Below are positions 27,332 to 35,520 of a DNA stretch of 46,340 nucleotides, in pieces. Origin of the DNA: a virus (taxonomy: Duplodnaviria > Caudoviricetes); the IMG/VR virus record IMGVR_UViG_3300005286_000037, positions 1 through 46,340 of that record. The stretch is one strand, 5' to 3'. Below the pieces are notes generated by a model. That model did no database searches and was not told the origin of the DNA. It worked only from the letters and a program-made list of their open reading frames with translations. Each line of letters begins with the position of its first letter. The first letter of the stretch is position 1. The translations under genes and the position numbers were made by a program.

Positions 27332-27988
27332 CTATGCAGCCCAGCGCTCTCGGTTGACGATGCGGTAGGCTTGCGCCTTCGATATGCCATAGCGATCAGC
27401 TAGCACAGCCATCGACGCCACCTTGGCAGCTGCCTGCTCACGCAACCGCTGCACGCTCTCTGGTTTCATCTTCACCGAGCGACGGTTGCGCACCTGCTGC
27501 ACATCGTCTGTCCATCGGCAGTTGTTCGGCTCATAGCCGCGTTCGTTATTGATGCGATCGATCGACATGCCTGAAGGACGCTCGCCCATATCAGCAAGGA
27601 AGCACTCGAAGCCGCCAATGCCCTGATCGCCGATCAACCAACGTTCGCATACTGTGATGCCACGACCACCGTAGTTGGCCCATGCATGGTGCTTCTCACG
27701 CGTGCAGCGTTCCACCATGGCAGACCACGACGCATAAGTCCTTGAGCGATGCCCTCGACGGGTATGGCCGTGGCTGGCATTCTCCTTGCCGATGCGGGAG
27801 GCGGCCTCACGCTGCAAACACCCACAACTGCGCTGATCTGAGTGGACAACGCAGGCGCCTGTCACAACGCCCCTGTTTCCACAATCGCACCGATAGTGCC
27901 ATGCCGTGCGCCTGCCCCTGTTTGCCGCTTGGCTGGTGAGGACAAGGCGCCCAAAGCGCTTGCCGGTTAGGTCGATGAATGCGCCCAT
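27332..27988 (-). CDS. Free-standing HNH homing-endonuclease-like protein
   Basis: DLTGKRFGRL, CDCG, SCGC, YGGRGITVCERW, SIDRINNERGYEPNNCRW, C-terminal HTH. Confidence 0.9.
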   Translation of the reverse strand: MGAFIDLTGKRFGRLVLTSQAANRGRRTAWHYRCDCGNRGVVTGACVVHSDQRSCGCLQREAASRIGKENASHGHTRRGHRSRTYASWSAMVERCTREKHHAWANYGGRGITVCERWLIGDQGIGGFECFLADMGERPSGMSIDRINNERGYEPNNCRWTDDVQQVRNRRSVKMKPESVQRLREQAAAKVASMAVLADRYGISKAQAYRIVNRERWAA

Positions 27989-28018
27989 GGTCTCGACTCC
28001 TTGGGATGATCGACCTCA

Positions 28019-28052
28019 ATGAAAAAGGCGGGCAGCCGAAGCCACCCGCCTT
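28019..28052 (-). terminator. Rho-independent terminator between the two HNH genes
   Basis: Minus strand AAGGCGGGTGGC-TTCG-GCTGCCCGCCTT-TTTCATT. Confidence 0.75.
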
Positions 28053-28078
28053 GCACCGAGCAAGAGGTCGAGAATTGC

Positions 28079-28444
28079 TCAGAACTTGCCTTCGTTTTTG
28101 CCTTTGATTTCTTCGGACCGCTTCACCGAGTCATGCCAGGACTTGGCAACGGACTGGCAATTTGCGGGGTCCCAAAACAGTTCCTCTCGGCCCATATGCG
28201 GGACCACATGGTCAACCACAGGGCTATTAGGTGCCGGATGCTTACCGACCAACAGAACGCCGGTTTGTTGGCAGGTAAACTGATCTCTGATCAGGACCGC
28301 CTCTCGCAACCTTTTCCATCGCGCAGAATGATACCAGGAGCGGACCTGAGCATCTGCGCTGTAGCGCTTGTCCCGTATCTCTCTTGTGGTCTTTAGCCTG
28401 GGAGGTAGCTTGCTCAGCCGGGGCTTGAGGGTCTTCAGTACCAT
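28079..28444 (-). CDS. Packaging-associated HNH nuclease (HK97 gp74-like)
   Basis: WYHSARWKRLR..VLIRD.FTC, VVDHVVPH.G..ELFWD..N.Q. Confidence 0.9.
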   Translation of the reverse strand: MVLKTLKPRLSKLPPRLKTTREIRDKRYSADAQVRSWYHSARWKRLREAVLIRDQFTCQQTGVLLVGKHPAPNSPVVDHVVPHMGREELFWDPANCQSVAKSWHDSVKRSEEIKGKNEGKF

Positions 28445-28484
28445 GGGCTAGGCTGCCTCATGTCTGGCATTGGGGAGAACGGGC

Positions 28485-28760
28485 ATGGACCTGTACACAA
28501 AGGGTGGTAGACCGCTTCAAGTGAGCGGAGACATCGTTCACAGCAAGAACGGGGCTTTGGTTGGGCGCATTGATGGAGATCGCGTCTTTAGCCCCCAAGG
28601 GAAATACGTAGGAACAATAGTTGGCGACAGGCTGGTGTATCGCTCCACCAACAGTGCGGGCAGCAGAGGCTCATTTACACGCGCCAACAGAGCGGGCTCA
28701 GCTCGCGCGAGTCGAGCCGGGTCAGCGATCTGGGGCGATGAGCCAGATATTCCGGATTAG
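28485..28760 (+). CDS. Small beta-repeat moron protein (4-fold beta-flower-like)
   Basis: Repeating x-x-G-x-x-VG units; own RBS GGGGAG; antisense to the late operon. Confidence 0.65.
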   Translation: MDLYTKGGRPLQVSGDIVHSKNGALVGRIDGDRVFSPQGKYVGTIVGDRLVYRSTNSAGSRGSFTRANRAGSARASRAGSAIWGDEPDIPD

Positions 28761-28802
28761 CGTCCATATACTCGCCGGCTTTCCACCGGGCTTGACGCAA
28801 GA

Positions 28803-28982
28803 CTACGTGCGCTGCGGGTGGGGGCTACTGATCATCCGCCGCAGCGGCACGCCGATGACGCGAGATGCCTCAGTCGAATTCACCCACCCAGCGATGCGTG
28901 CGTGCGCCAGCTTGCCGTCGCGCCAGTACTGGACTTCCGTCACTTCCCGACCTGATGGGTCGAAACAGAACCGCAGGGTCAT
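28803..28982 (-). CDS. 59-aa hypothetical protein (not in ORF track)
   Basis: RBS GGAG then MTLRFCFDPSGREVTEVQYWRDGKLAHARI... Confidence 0.5.
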   Translation of the reverse strand: MTLRFCFDPSGREVTEVQYWRDGKLAHARIAGWVNSTEASRVIGVPLRRMISSPHPQRT

Positions 28983-29029
28983 GTCTGCTCTCCGGTGGAT
29001 GGATACGAGCGGGCGATGCTCTGTCTAAT

Positions 29030-29178
29030 GCTCTAGGCTGTGATGAGTGGGTGTCGCCGCGCTCGGTAGGGATTGAGGGGCGAGGCCCGCAAACTCATCT
29101 GAGGCCCGAGGGCCTATAAGCGATGAGCAAGGGCTACTCGCAACGCCTCAAACTCGTCTTGCTGCCTACAGCTTAGCG
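29030..29178 (+). ncRNA. Unidentified multibranched structured RNA candidate
   Basis: Closing stem 29033-41/29168-76 around three hairpin arms; several G-U pairs form only on the + strand. Confidence 0.45.
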
Positions 29179-29181
29179 GAT

Positions 29182-29258
29182 TGGTTGCAGCGGTGGGATT
29201 TGAACCCACGACCTCCAGGTTATGAGCCTGGCGAGCTACCGGACTGCTCCACGCTACT
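29182..29258 (-). tRNA. Phage tRNA-Met(CAT), initiator (fMet) type
   Basis: 77 nt with CCA; anticodon arm CCAGG-CTCATAA-CCTGG; unpaired 1:72 (A:A); A11-U24; D-arm TGGAGCAGTCCGGTAGCTCG. Confidence 0.92.
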
Positions 29259-29380
29259 ACAGGAATTCAGGACGCTGATTTGCTACGCTGGCTCAGCGTC
29301 CGAGGCCTCGACAGGTTCCGACGCCGTGGGCGCAGAACTCAGGGTCTGATCGCTTCGACGCAAATCACCCGATTAACATG

Positions 29381-29408
29381 ATTCTAGTTCACGGTGCCCC
29401 AAAGTCAA
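29381..29408 (-). promoter_or_regulatory. Late promoter candidate (pR'-like)
   Basis: TTGACT-N16-TAGAAT directly downstream of the Q-position gene, pointing into the tRNA and packaging genes. Confidence 0.65.
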
Positions 29409-29929
29409 GCGGCTCGTTTCGTCGCCAGCTTGAAATGCACAGCCAGATCATCAAGGGCCGCAAATAGCTCTTCCTTGGCCTTCTCGCGTGACCGAGCCCC
29501 CATGCCGCGATGGGTCAGGCTCTGGTCGTGGCATATGACCCGCTCGACCAGGTTTGACCGGATCATACCAAGGCAGCGAACCGCTTCCTTGTATTGCTGG
29601 AGTGCGTCGGCAACCCTGCCGGCCAGCGGGTCACCAGACGGCCCCGAGGTGTCCACCTTCACCGCGGCATAGTCCACGGCACGAGCCCCGCCGATCTGGG
29701 CTCGATCGTAAGCCATGCGATACCTTGCGGCCGCCATGATCTGCATTTCGCTGGCGCCCTTCAGTCGGGCAAGGCCACCGATATATTCGATCATGCTGAA
29801 AGCTGCTGTGACCTTACCGACGTTCGGGCCGGATTTCGTCTGCCTCTGGTGCCAGTATTCGGCATCCGACATGCTCGGGTCCTGGATCAGGCGATGCTCC
29901 ACGATGCGGTTCTGCATAGTCTGCTTCAC
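29405..29929 (-). CDS. Late transcription regulator / Q-like antiterminator
   Basis: Last early gene before the late promoter; AVDY...KVDTSG, LVERVIC, ALDDLAVHF (sigma region-4-like C-terminus). Confidence 0.65.
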   Translation of the reverse strand: MKQTMQNRIVEHRLIQDPSMSDAEYWHQRQTKSGPNVGKVTAAFSMIEYIGGLARLKGASEMQIMAAARYRMAYDRAQIGGARAVDYAAVKVDTSGPSGDPLAGRVADALQQYKEAVRCLGMIRSNLVERVICHDQSLTHRGMGARSREKAKEELFAALDDLAVHFKLATKRAA

Positions 29930-30138
29930 CCTACCCTCTCTTCCTGGGCTCCTGCCCTTGCTTGTTGGATTGGCCAGTGTTCGGCGCAGTACCAAAGCCG
30001 CACCCGCTTATTGTTCCGCATGACGACCTGCCCAAAGCTCGCGGGCTTCCCGCACTCGCACAGGTACAAAGGCTTGATATGCTCCACCTTCGTTCCGTCG
30101 CTTAGCGTTGCCCTGATCGTGATGGACTGAACGGGCAT
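29926..30138 (-). CDS. Small zinc-binding hypothetical protein
   Basis: CECGKPASFG...WYCAEH. Confidence 0.65.
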   Translation of the reverse strand: MPVQSITIRATLSDGTKVEHIKPLYLCECGKPASFGQVVMRNNKRVRLWYCAEHWPIQQARAGAQEERVG

Positions 30139-30798
30139 TCACGCTGCGCGCCTCATATCTTCGATCGCCAGCGAGCCCCACTGATCAGCCATCGCTTCAG
30201 CAATGCCCTTGAAGAACCGGCTGCGCTCTGCCCAGCGTTGCGGGCCGGGCGGCATCCGGTGGACACGCGCTTCCCTGCCCTCGACGATCTCGGTGGGAAC
30301 CAGTGGCGGTAGGTTCTTGAGCCAGAAGCAGGTGCGCTTCACCTCGCCATGGCCGAACTGCCAAGGCTGAATGCTTTGAGTGAATTCCTGGTAGTTCTCG
30401 ATCCGCTCTTTCGCGTGCCGGTGCATGACCGGGTTCTCAATACAGATGCGCTCGATGGGAGCATTCCAGAAGGCGGAGAACAATGCGGCGCCTTCATCCA
30501 GTTCGGCCCACATCTGTTCCTTGGTCTTTCCCGGGGGAGGTGAAGACAGCCAGCGCACGCCGGAATTGCAAAGCCGAGTGCATGGCGGGTGCGCCACCAT
30601 GAGCAAATCCCAGCCATCATTCAGCAGTTCGCGCGCGTCACCAGTGATGTGACGATTGCTTCGGTCTTCTGCCGGCAGGAGGTCGCAGGACCATGCATCA
30701 TGGCCGCGGTCGAGGAAGGCGTTCCGAACCGTGCCGGAGAACTCACACGCTACGAGCACGCGCATCGGCCGGAAGAAGTCGAGCTGCACTTCCCTCAT
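30139..30798 (-). CDS. Compact C5-cytosine DNA methyltransferase-like protein
   Basis: VLVACEFSG, AHPPCT (catalytic PC), IENP, KRTCFWL, GIAEAMADQW. Confidence 0.8.
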   Translation of the reverse strand: MREVQLDFFRPMRVLVACEFSGTVRNAFLDRGHDAWSCDLLPAEDRSNRHITGDARELLNDGWDLLMVAHPPCTRLCNSGVRWLSSPPPGKTKEQMWAELDEGAALFSAFWNAPIERICIENPVMHRHAKERIENYQEFTQSIQPWQFGHGEVKRTCFWLKNLPPLVPTEIVEGREARVHRMPPGPQRWAERSRFFKGIAEAMADQWGSLAIEDMRRAA

Positions 30799-31046
30799 GC
30801 TCTCGCCCTCTCCCCGCCCATGTCGTGCGAAGCGGCTCGGACGGCCCGATATCCCTTCCCGGCCAGTGGGCGGATGATGACCCAATCGGGAGCCACCTTG
30901 GCCCGCATACGGTTTATGTGTGTCGGGATCAGCGTGGGGCTGGCGAACCGCTTTCCAACGCCACGGATAGCGAGCTCGTTTGCTGTGTGATGCTTCCCGT
31001 CAGCGAGGACGGCCCAGATACGCTGTTCGGTCTGGGTGAGCTTCAT
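30795..31046 (-). CDS. Winged-helix DNA-binding protein (OmpR C-terminal-like)
   Basis: LTQTEQRIWAVL, THINRMRAKV, GKGYR. Confidence 0.7.
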   Translation of the reverse strand: MKLTQTEQRIWAVLADGKHHTANELAIRGVGKRFASPTLIPTHINRMRAKVAPDWVIIRPLAGKGYRAVRAASHDMGGERARA

Positions 31047-31849
31047 GCTGCCGCCCTCGCCTGTTGGAGCAATTCTGCGGGGACGGCGCAACCCGGCTCG
31101 CCCGGCTTAGGCCCCCAAGCGTGCGGCCAGATACCGTCATCCCGATAGGCTTTAACCCGGCCTGGCCAGTCGATAGGCTTAGGGGCGGGTTTCTGCTTTA
31201 CCGAGGTGCCTTGACGCTTGGCTGCGAATTCCTCGACCAGCTTGGGAAGCAAGCTCCAGGAGCGGATGACAAAACCCGTGGCGGTTTTCGCTTTGAGGGC
31301 GGGCACAATGTCAGCCTCGAGGTCATAGCCGGCGTCGAGCAGGCCCAGAACGGGAGCAAGGTTCACGAGACTTGGTGAGCGCTCTTCACGGAAGCCTGAC
31401 AGGCCAGCCGCTTCGAGTAGGGTATCCATCGTCCCTTCGTAATCGAAGCGCTCGCGCGGCTTAGCCTTGATAGGTTCTATTGATAGGTTAGGGTCGCTGT
31501 GTGCGACTACTGGTTGGTCGTTTTTGCGACTACCCCCCTGCACAGTGCGACTACCCTCGTAGTCTCCCTGTGCGACTACCCCCCGCAAATTGAGAGTATA
31601 GGTATTCGGCAGGTTTACCCGGCCAACACGCTTCTTTTCGACACTGATCAAGCCGTCCTCTTCGAGCGACTTAAGCGCCCTGATGACGCTATCGCGGCTC
31701 AGCATCGTGGCGTCACAGATTTCATTCAGGCTAGGGTGGCAATCGCCGTTCTCGTTGCTGGCATAGTTGGCCAGCATGAGAAGCACGAACTTCTCCTTCG
31801 AGCCAGCTGGTGTCTGCTTTACAGCCCATGCCATCGCTTGGAAGCTCAT
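31043..31849 (-). CDS. Replication initiator (N-terminal wHTH)
   Basis: KFVLLMLANYA...CHPSLNEICDATMLSRDSVIRALKSLEEDGLI; internal iterons; coupled to DnaB. Confidence 0.88.
   Translation of the reverse strand: MSFQAMAWAVKQTPAGSKEKFVLLMLANYASNENGDCHPSLNEICDATMLSRDSVIRALKSLEEDGLISVEKKRVGRVNLPNTYTLNLRGVVAQGDYEGSRTVQGGSRKNDQPVVAHSDPNLSIEPIKAKPRERFDYEGTMDTLLEAAGLSGFREERSPSLVNLAPVLGLLDAGYDLEADIVPALKAKTATGFVIRSWSLLPKLVEEFAAKRQGTSVKQKPAPKPIDWPGRVKAYRDDGIWPHAWGPKPGEPGCAVPAELLQQARAAA
31467..31579. repeat. Replication origin: iterons plus AT-rich repeats
   Basis: TGCGACTAC at 31502, 31525, 31546 and 31571; TTGATAGGTT at 31467 and 31480; all inside the initiator gene. Confidence 0.8.
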
Positions 31850-33207
31850 GAGTTGTCCCTGATGCTTGAGTGCTTGATGGAACACCAAAGGCGACAGTCT
31901 GCCGTCTCGCCGTTCCTGTTCTTGCGAATGAGAAATTCCAGGCGCCAGCGGGCGTCCGCGAGAGCGCCGGGATCGGCCTCAGCGTCTTGCGCGAGGTAGT
32001 ATTCTTCGCGGTACAGGAAGCCGATCACATGGGCGTCCTGCTCGATTTCGCCGGACCAGCGGAGGTCCGACATGACCGGGCGCTTGTCGTCGCGCTTCTC
32101 GACCTCACGGGAAAGCTGGCACAGCAGCACAACGCAACAATCCAGCTCCTTAGCCAGCGCGCGGGCCATGCCCGATACTTCCCCCGCCTCGGCAACCTTG
32201 TTCCCGGCATATCGACTGGAGGGCGTCACCAGCCCCATATGATCGATGCAGACCACTCCGAGGCGCACGCCATGGGCTTCCATTTCAGATTTGACGCGGC
32301 GGGCCTTGGCGGCAATCTCCGCAAAGGTCATGCGCGCACCGTCATCAATGTGCATCGGCGCCTTGCGAAGCTGCTCGTAGGCTTCGCCCAACTGATCAGC
32401 GAAATCCCCTATGTCGCCTCGCACAAGGTCCCCGAAGCCGGGGGCTTTGGTCCAGTTGAGATGATCCGACGCCATGCGGGCGAAGATTTCGGCTCGCGTC
32501 ATTTCGAGCGAGAAAATCGCCACCCCTACCCCGCTCAAGGCTGTGCGACGGAGCGAGGAACACATGAAGGCGCTCTTGCCCATGCCTGGGCGTCCGGCGA
32601 TGACGTAAAGCTGCCCCCGCCGATAGCCGTTGAGCTTGTTGTCGAGAACAGCAATCCCGGTGGTGTCGCCCTTGAGGTTGTCGGGATCGCGGATACTCTC
32701 GAAGAATTCTTGGCCCGCCTGCGCAAGACTGACACCGGCCCGATCCGCTGCGACACCGATCACAGTATCGATCTGCCGGGCGCATTCGCTGGCGAGCTCG
32801 GTAGGGTCGGACCCGAAGGCCTGCGACTGCTCGAGAGCAAGCGCGCCCATTTCCCGAAGGGTGCGCCGCATCCATCGGTCTTTGACTGTGGCAATCAGGC
32901 CCCCGATCATCTTGACGTGCACCGACTCAGCGATGAACCGGGCATAGAAGCTACCGCGCGGAACGCCCGGCATGATTTCAGCCGGCAGGCGCGCCAGGAT
33001 CGCCGGGGCAGATATCTTGTGGCCGGATTGAACTAGGTCCACGCCCTGCTCGTAGATGTAGCGGAGCATGGGGTCGTGGAACCATTCTGGCTTAATGATG
33101 CCGATGGAGTATTCGAGCGCGCCGTCATTCTCGAGCAGCGTCCCAAGCAAGGCAAATTCAGCATCGATCTCGTGAAGGGACGCCGTTGATGCTGGCACGG
33201 CAGTCAT
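31846..33207 (-). CDS. dnaB: Replicative DnaB-like helicase
   Basis: IAGRPGMGKSAF, FSLEM, IDHMGL, LCQLSREVEKR.DKRP.MSDLRWSGEIEQDAH, KNRNG. Confidence 0.97.
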   Translation of the reverse strand: MTAVPASTASLHEIDAEFALLGTLLENDGALEYSIGIIKPEWFHDPMLRYIYEQGVDLVQSGHKISAPAILARLPAEIMPGVPRGSFYARFIAESVHVKMIGGLIATVKDRWMRRTLREMGALALEQSQAFGSDPTELASECARQIDTVIGVAADRAGVSLAQAGQEFFESIRDPDNLKGDTTGIAVLDNKLNGYRRGQLYVIAGRPGMGKSAFMCSSLRRTALSGVGVAIFSLEMTRAEIFARMASDHLNWTKAPGFGDLVRGDIGDFADQLGEAYEQLRKAPMHIDDGARMTFAEIAAKARRVKSEMEAHGVRLGVVCIDHMGLVTPSSRYAGNKVAEAGEVSGMARALAKELDCCVVLLCQLSREVEKRDDKRPVMSDLRWSGEIEQDAHVIGFLYREEYYLAQDAEADPGALADARWRLEFLIRKNRNGETADCRLWCSIKHSSIRDNS

Positions 33208-33386
33208 GGGTTCACCGCCCGGAAAGCATCAAGCCATGCGGCCCACGCTTTGCCCGCAAGAATGCCGTCCGTAATCTCCCCCGAAGCCTGGGCGCGCTCA
33301 CGAGCGGCGTTGTAAGCATCCCAAAGGGCTTGCAAGCGCTCGTCACGTCGCTTCTGGGCGACATCGATGAAAAGCAATTCACCCAT
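33204..33386 (-). CDS. Small hypothetical protein
   Basis: Fills the ssb-dnaB gap, with RBS and ATGA overlap. Confidence 0.6.
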   Translation of the reverse strand: MGELLFIDVAQKRRDERLQALWDAYNAARERAQASGEITDGILAGKAWAAWLDAFRAVNP

Positions 33387-33397
33387 GGCTCGCTCCA

Positions 33398-33859
33398 TTA
33401 AAATGGGATGTCAGAGTCAAAGCCACCGGGCTCGAAAGCCGGGGCATTGGACATCGGGCGGCGCTGTTCTTGCTGGCGAGGCTGGGAAGCGCCCTGCCCT
33501 TCGCCTTGGTGGCCGTCGAGCAGCACAAGCGACGAGTTGAAGTTCTGCAGCACGACCTCGGTGCTGTACTTGTCGGCGCCGGACTGGTCCTGCCACTTGC
33601 GGGTCTGGAGCTGGCCTTCCAGATAGACCTTGGAGCCCTTGCGGAGATACTGTTCGGCAATGCGGGCGAGGCCTTCCGCGAAAATCACGACGCGATGCCA
33701 CTCGGTCTTTTCGCGCTTCTCGCCGCTGTTCTTGTCCTTCCAGCTCTCGGAAGTGGCGAGGGAAAGGTTCACCACCTTGCTGCCGTTCTGCATGGTGCGC
33801 ACTTCCGGGTCATTGCCCAGATTGCCCACCAGAATAACCTTGTTGACTGAACCGGCCAT
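33398..33859 (-). CDS. ssb: Single-stranded DNA-binding protein
   Basis: [48 protein letters not shown] tail. Confidence 0.98.
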   Translation of the reverse strand: MAGSVNKVILVGNLGNDPEVRTMQNGSKVVNLSLATSESWKDKNSGEKREKTEWHRVVIFAEGLARIAEQYLRKGSKVYLEGQLQTRKWQDQSGADKYSTEVVLQNFNSSLVLLDGHQGEGQGASQPRQQEQRRPMSNAPAFEPGGFDSDIPF

Positions 33860-34083
33860 TAGACGGCTCCTCTGTATTGGTTGGTGACAGTTTCACTGCC
33901 AGCGTAAGGGATCTTGACAGAGTGGCTTTCGCGAGGGCGACGGGAGCGGACCTTGCGCTCCTGTGCTGCGCGAGCCTTGGTGTCGCGCTTATCGGCGTCT
34001 GCCAGTGTCACGGTGAGGTTCAGGTGGGCAGTGGTGCGCTTGCCCAGCCCGTTGGTGATGACGCCTGTTGCTGGTTCACCCAT
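33859..34083 (-). CDS. Hypothetical protein
   Basis: Coupled to the ssb start; KIPYAG motif. Confidence 0.5.
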   Translation of the reverse strand: MGEPATGVITNGLGKRTTAHLNLTVTLADADKRDTKARAAQERKVRSRRPRESHSVKIPYAGSETVTNQYRGAV

Positions 34084-34234
34084 TGCGCCCCTCCGCTGCC
34101 CTGCGCATGGCTTCACGCTTGCGAGATGGTGTTGTGCAGCCGGACTGCTTGAGGAAGGCGCGAAGCTGGTCGCAACGCTTATCTCTCAGGGCAAGGAATT
34201 TGCGGGTGCCTTTGGTGGGTTCGGTGAGGGTCAT
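34076..34234 (-). CDS. Small basic hypothetical protein
   Basis: Tight packing with neighbours. Confidence 0.45.
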   Translation of the reverse strand: MTLTEPTKGTRKFLALRDKRCDQLRAFLKQSGCTTPSRKREAMRRAAEGRNG

Positions 34235-34236
34235 GG

Positions 34237-34533
34237 CTATTCCGCCGCCCGAAGCTTCACGACGTTGGACACGGCTTTGGCCATGGCTTCGTTGGCGGCA
34301 TTCACGCCTGCCAAGGCGCGCTCCAGTCGCCAAACAAGATCATCAACTGCGGCCAGGTCAGCTGCGTAGTCAGCATCGAGGCGCTTGCGGTCGCGATTGT
34401 ACCGAGCTTCGCGCACCAAGCGCTGCTGGCGGACGGACTGGAGCTCTTCAAGAATAGCGTCCTTCCGGGCTGCCAGGTCGTTGCCAAGAGCTTCGTCTGC
34501 CCCAATGGATGGAGTAATGCGCTTGCGGGTCAT
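34237..34533 (-). CDS. Coiled-coil hypothetical protein
   Basis: RBS GGAGAGAGGG; helical composition. Confidence 0.6.
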   Translation of the reverse strand: MTRKRITPSIGADEALGNDLAARKDAILEELQSVRQQRLVREARYNRDRKRLDADYAADLAAVDDLVWRLERALAGVNAANEAMAKAVSNVVKLRAAE

Positions 34534-34563
34534 TCCCTCTCTCCTTCGGTCTTTGTTTCGGGA

Positions 34564-35016
34564 TTACCGGCCCCAGCCTTGGGACTGGTCGGTTCGTTCA
34601 TCGGCATCGGTGAAGCCGGGATTTCCCAAGGCGCTATCCAGTGCGCCAATTCGAGAGAGGACGCGCTCAACCGCAGCAAGGTCCGACCGATCCACGTCCG
34701 CACCTTGCGAAACCGCGTATTCGAGCGTCCTGTTGAGCCACGCGACGTGCCGCGCGGCCTCCCGCTGGCGCTGCTCATCCTTGAGCTTTCGGACAACCTG
34801 TCTGGCACGGTCCATTTCCTCCGCATCGATCCGGCGGGCGTCTTGGTAGTAGAGGTCCTTCGTGCGGGACCATCCGAAGCCCAGTGCGCGCGCCGCCGCC
34901 TGCACTCGGTCTTTCCAGTTGCCGGACGGCGACGTGAAGTCGGCCGCCTGATGAACCAGGGTTTGCATTTCAACCGCGGAAGACAATTTGCTGTCCTCCG
35001 AACGAAATTCGCCCAT
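34564..35016 (-). CDS. HTH regulator at the CII position
   Basis: RVQAAARALGFGWSRTKDLYYQDARRIDAEEMD HTH-like segment; lies between cro and the replication genes. Confidence 0.6.
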   Translation of the reverse strand: MGEFRSEDSKLSSAVEMQTLVHQAADFTSPSGNWKDRVQAAARALGFGWSRTKDLYYQDARRIDAEEMDRARQVVRKLKDEQRQREAARHVAWLNRTLEYAVSQGADVDRSDLAAVERVLSRIGALDSALGNPGFTDADERTDQSQGWGR

Positions 35017-35388
35017 CTCCGAACGCCTTCTCGATAGTTTCTGAACCATCGAGTGAAGGCAGCGACGAAAGGCGCGATGATTGATGGACGAGGCCCGCAG
35101 TGATTTGACAAAGGCACTGGTGCGGGCGGGATTGCGCGGCAACGGGGCGGCAACCCCTAACCTGCGCACGGAAGAAAAGGCCGGGAGCGCGCGTCAAGAC
35201 GCCCCCGGAGTGGCCCGCTCGGGAGGTTTCAGCGGGATAGGAATGAGCACAACCAAAGGCTTCCGCGTCATTCGCGTGGAGCCCTTGCTTGTGGTCATTG
35301 ATGGCGGTCGGAAGTGACCGAGAAGTTCGCAGAGATGCCATTTCGGGCTTTGCCCAGGCGATTGGCTTGGTGGAGGCTGACAAAACCA

Positions 35389-35520
35389 TCAGACCGGCTC
35401 CCCGACCTGAATTCGGCACTCCCAAATGCCTTCGACGGTGCGGCTACACATGTCGTGATAGGCACCACCAAGGAGCGCACCAACGACCAAGCCAGAGATG
35501 AAACCGACGTACCACGACAT
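35389..35520 (-). CDS. Small membrane peptide
   Basis: MSWYVGFISGLVVGALLGG; TGATG coupling to the upstream gene. Confidence 0.45.
   Translation of the reverse strand: MSWYVGFISGLVVGALLGGAYHDMCSRTVEGIWECRIQVGEPV

Noticed and set aside
29038-29160. Possible hammerhead or tRNA-associated HDV-like ribozyme
   Set aside because: GATGAG...AAAC recalls a hammerhead core, but CTGATGA and GAAA are not intact, and I could not build an HDV pseudoknot. Kept only as an unknown structured RNA.
31502-31579. Short repeats as a CRISPR array
   Set aside because: 9-bp repeats with 12-16-nt gaps inside the initiator gene fit iterons; no cas genes.
31870-33036. 388-aa ORF on + strand
   Set aside because: Antisense shadow of dnaB.
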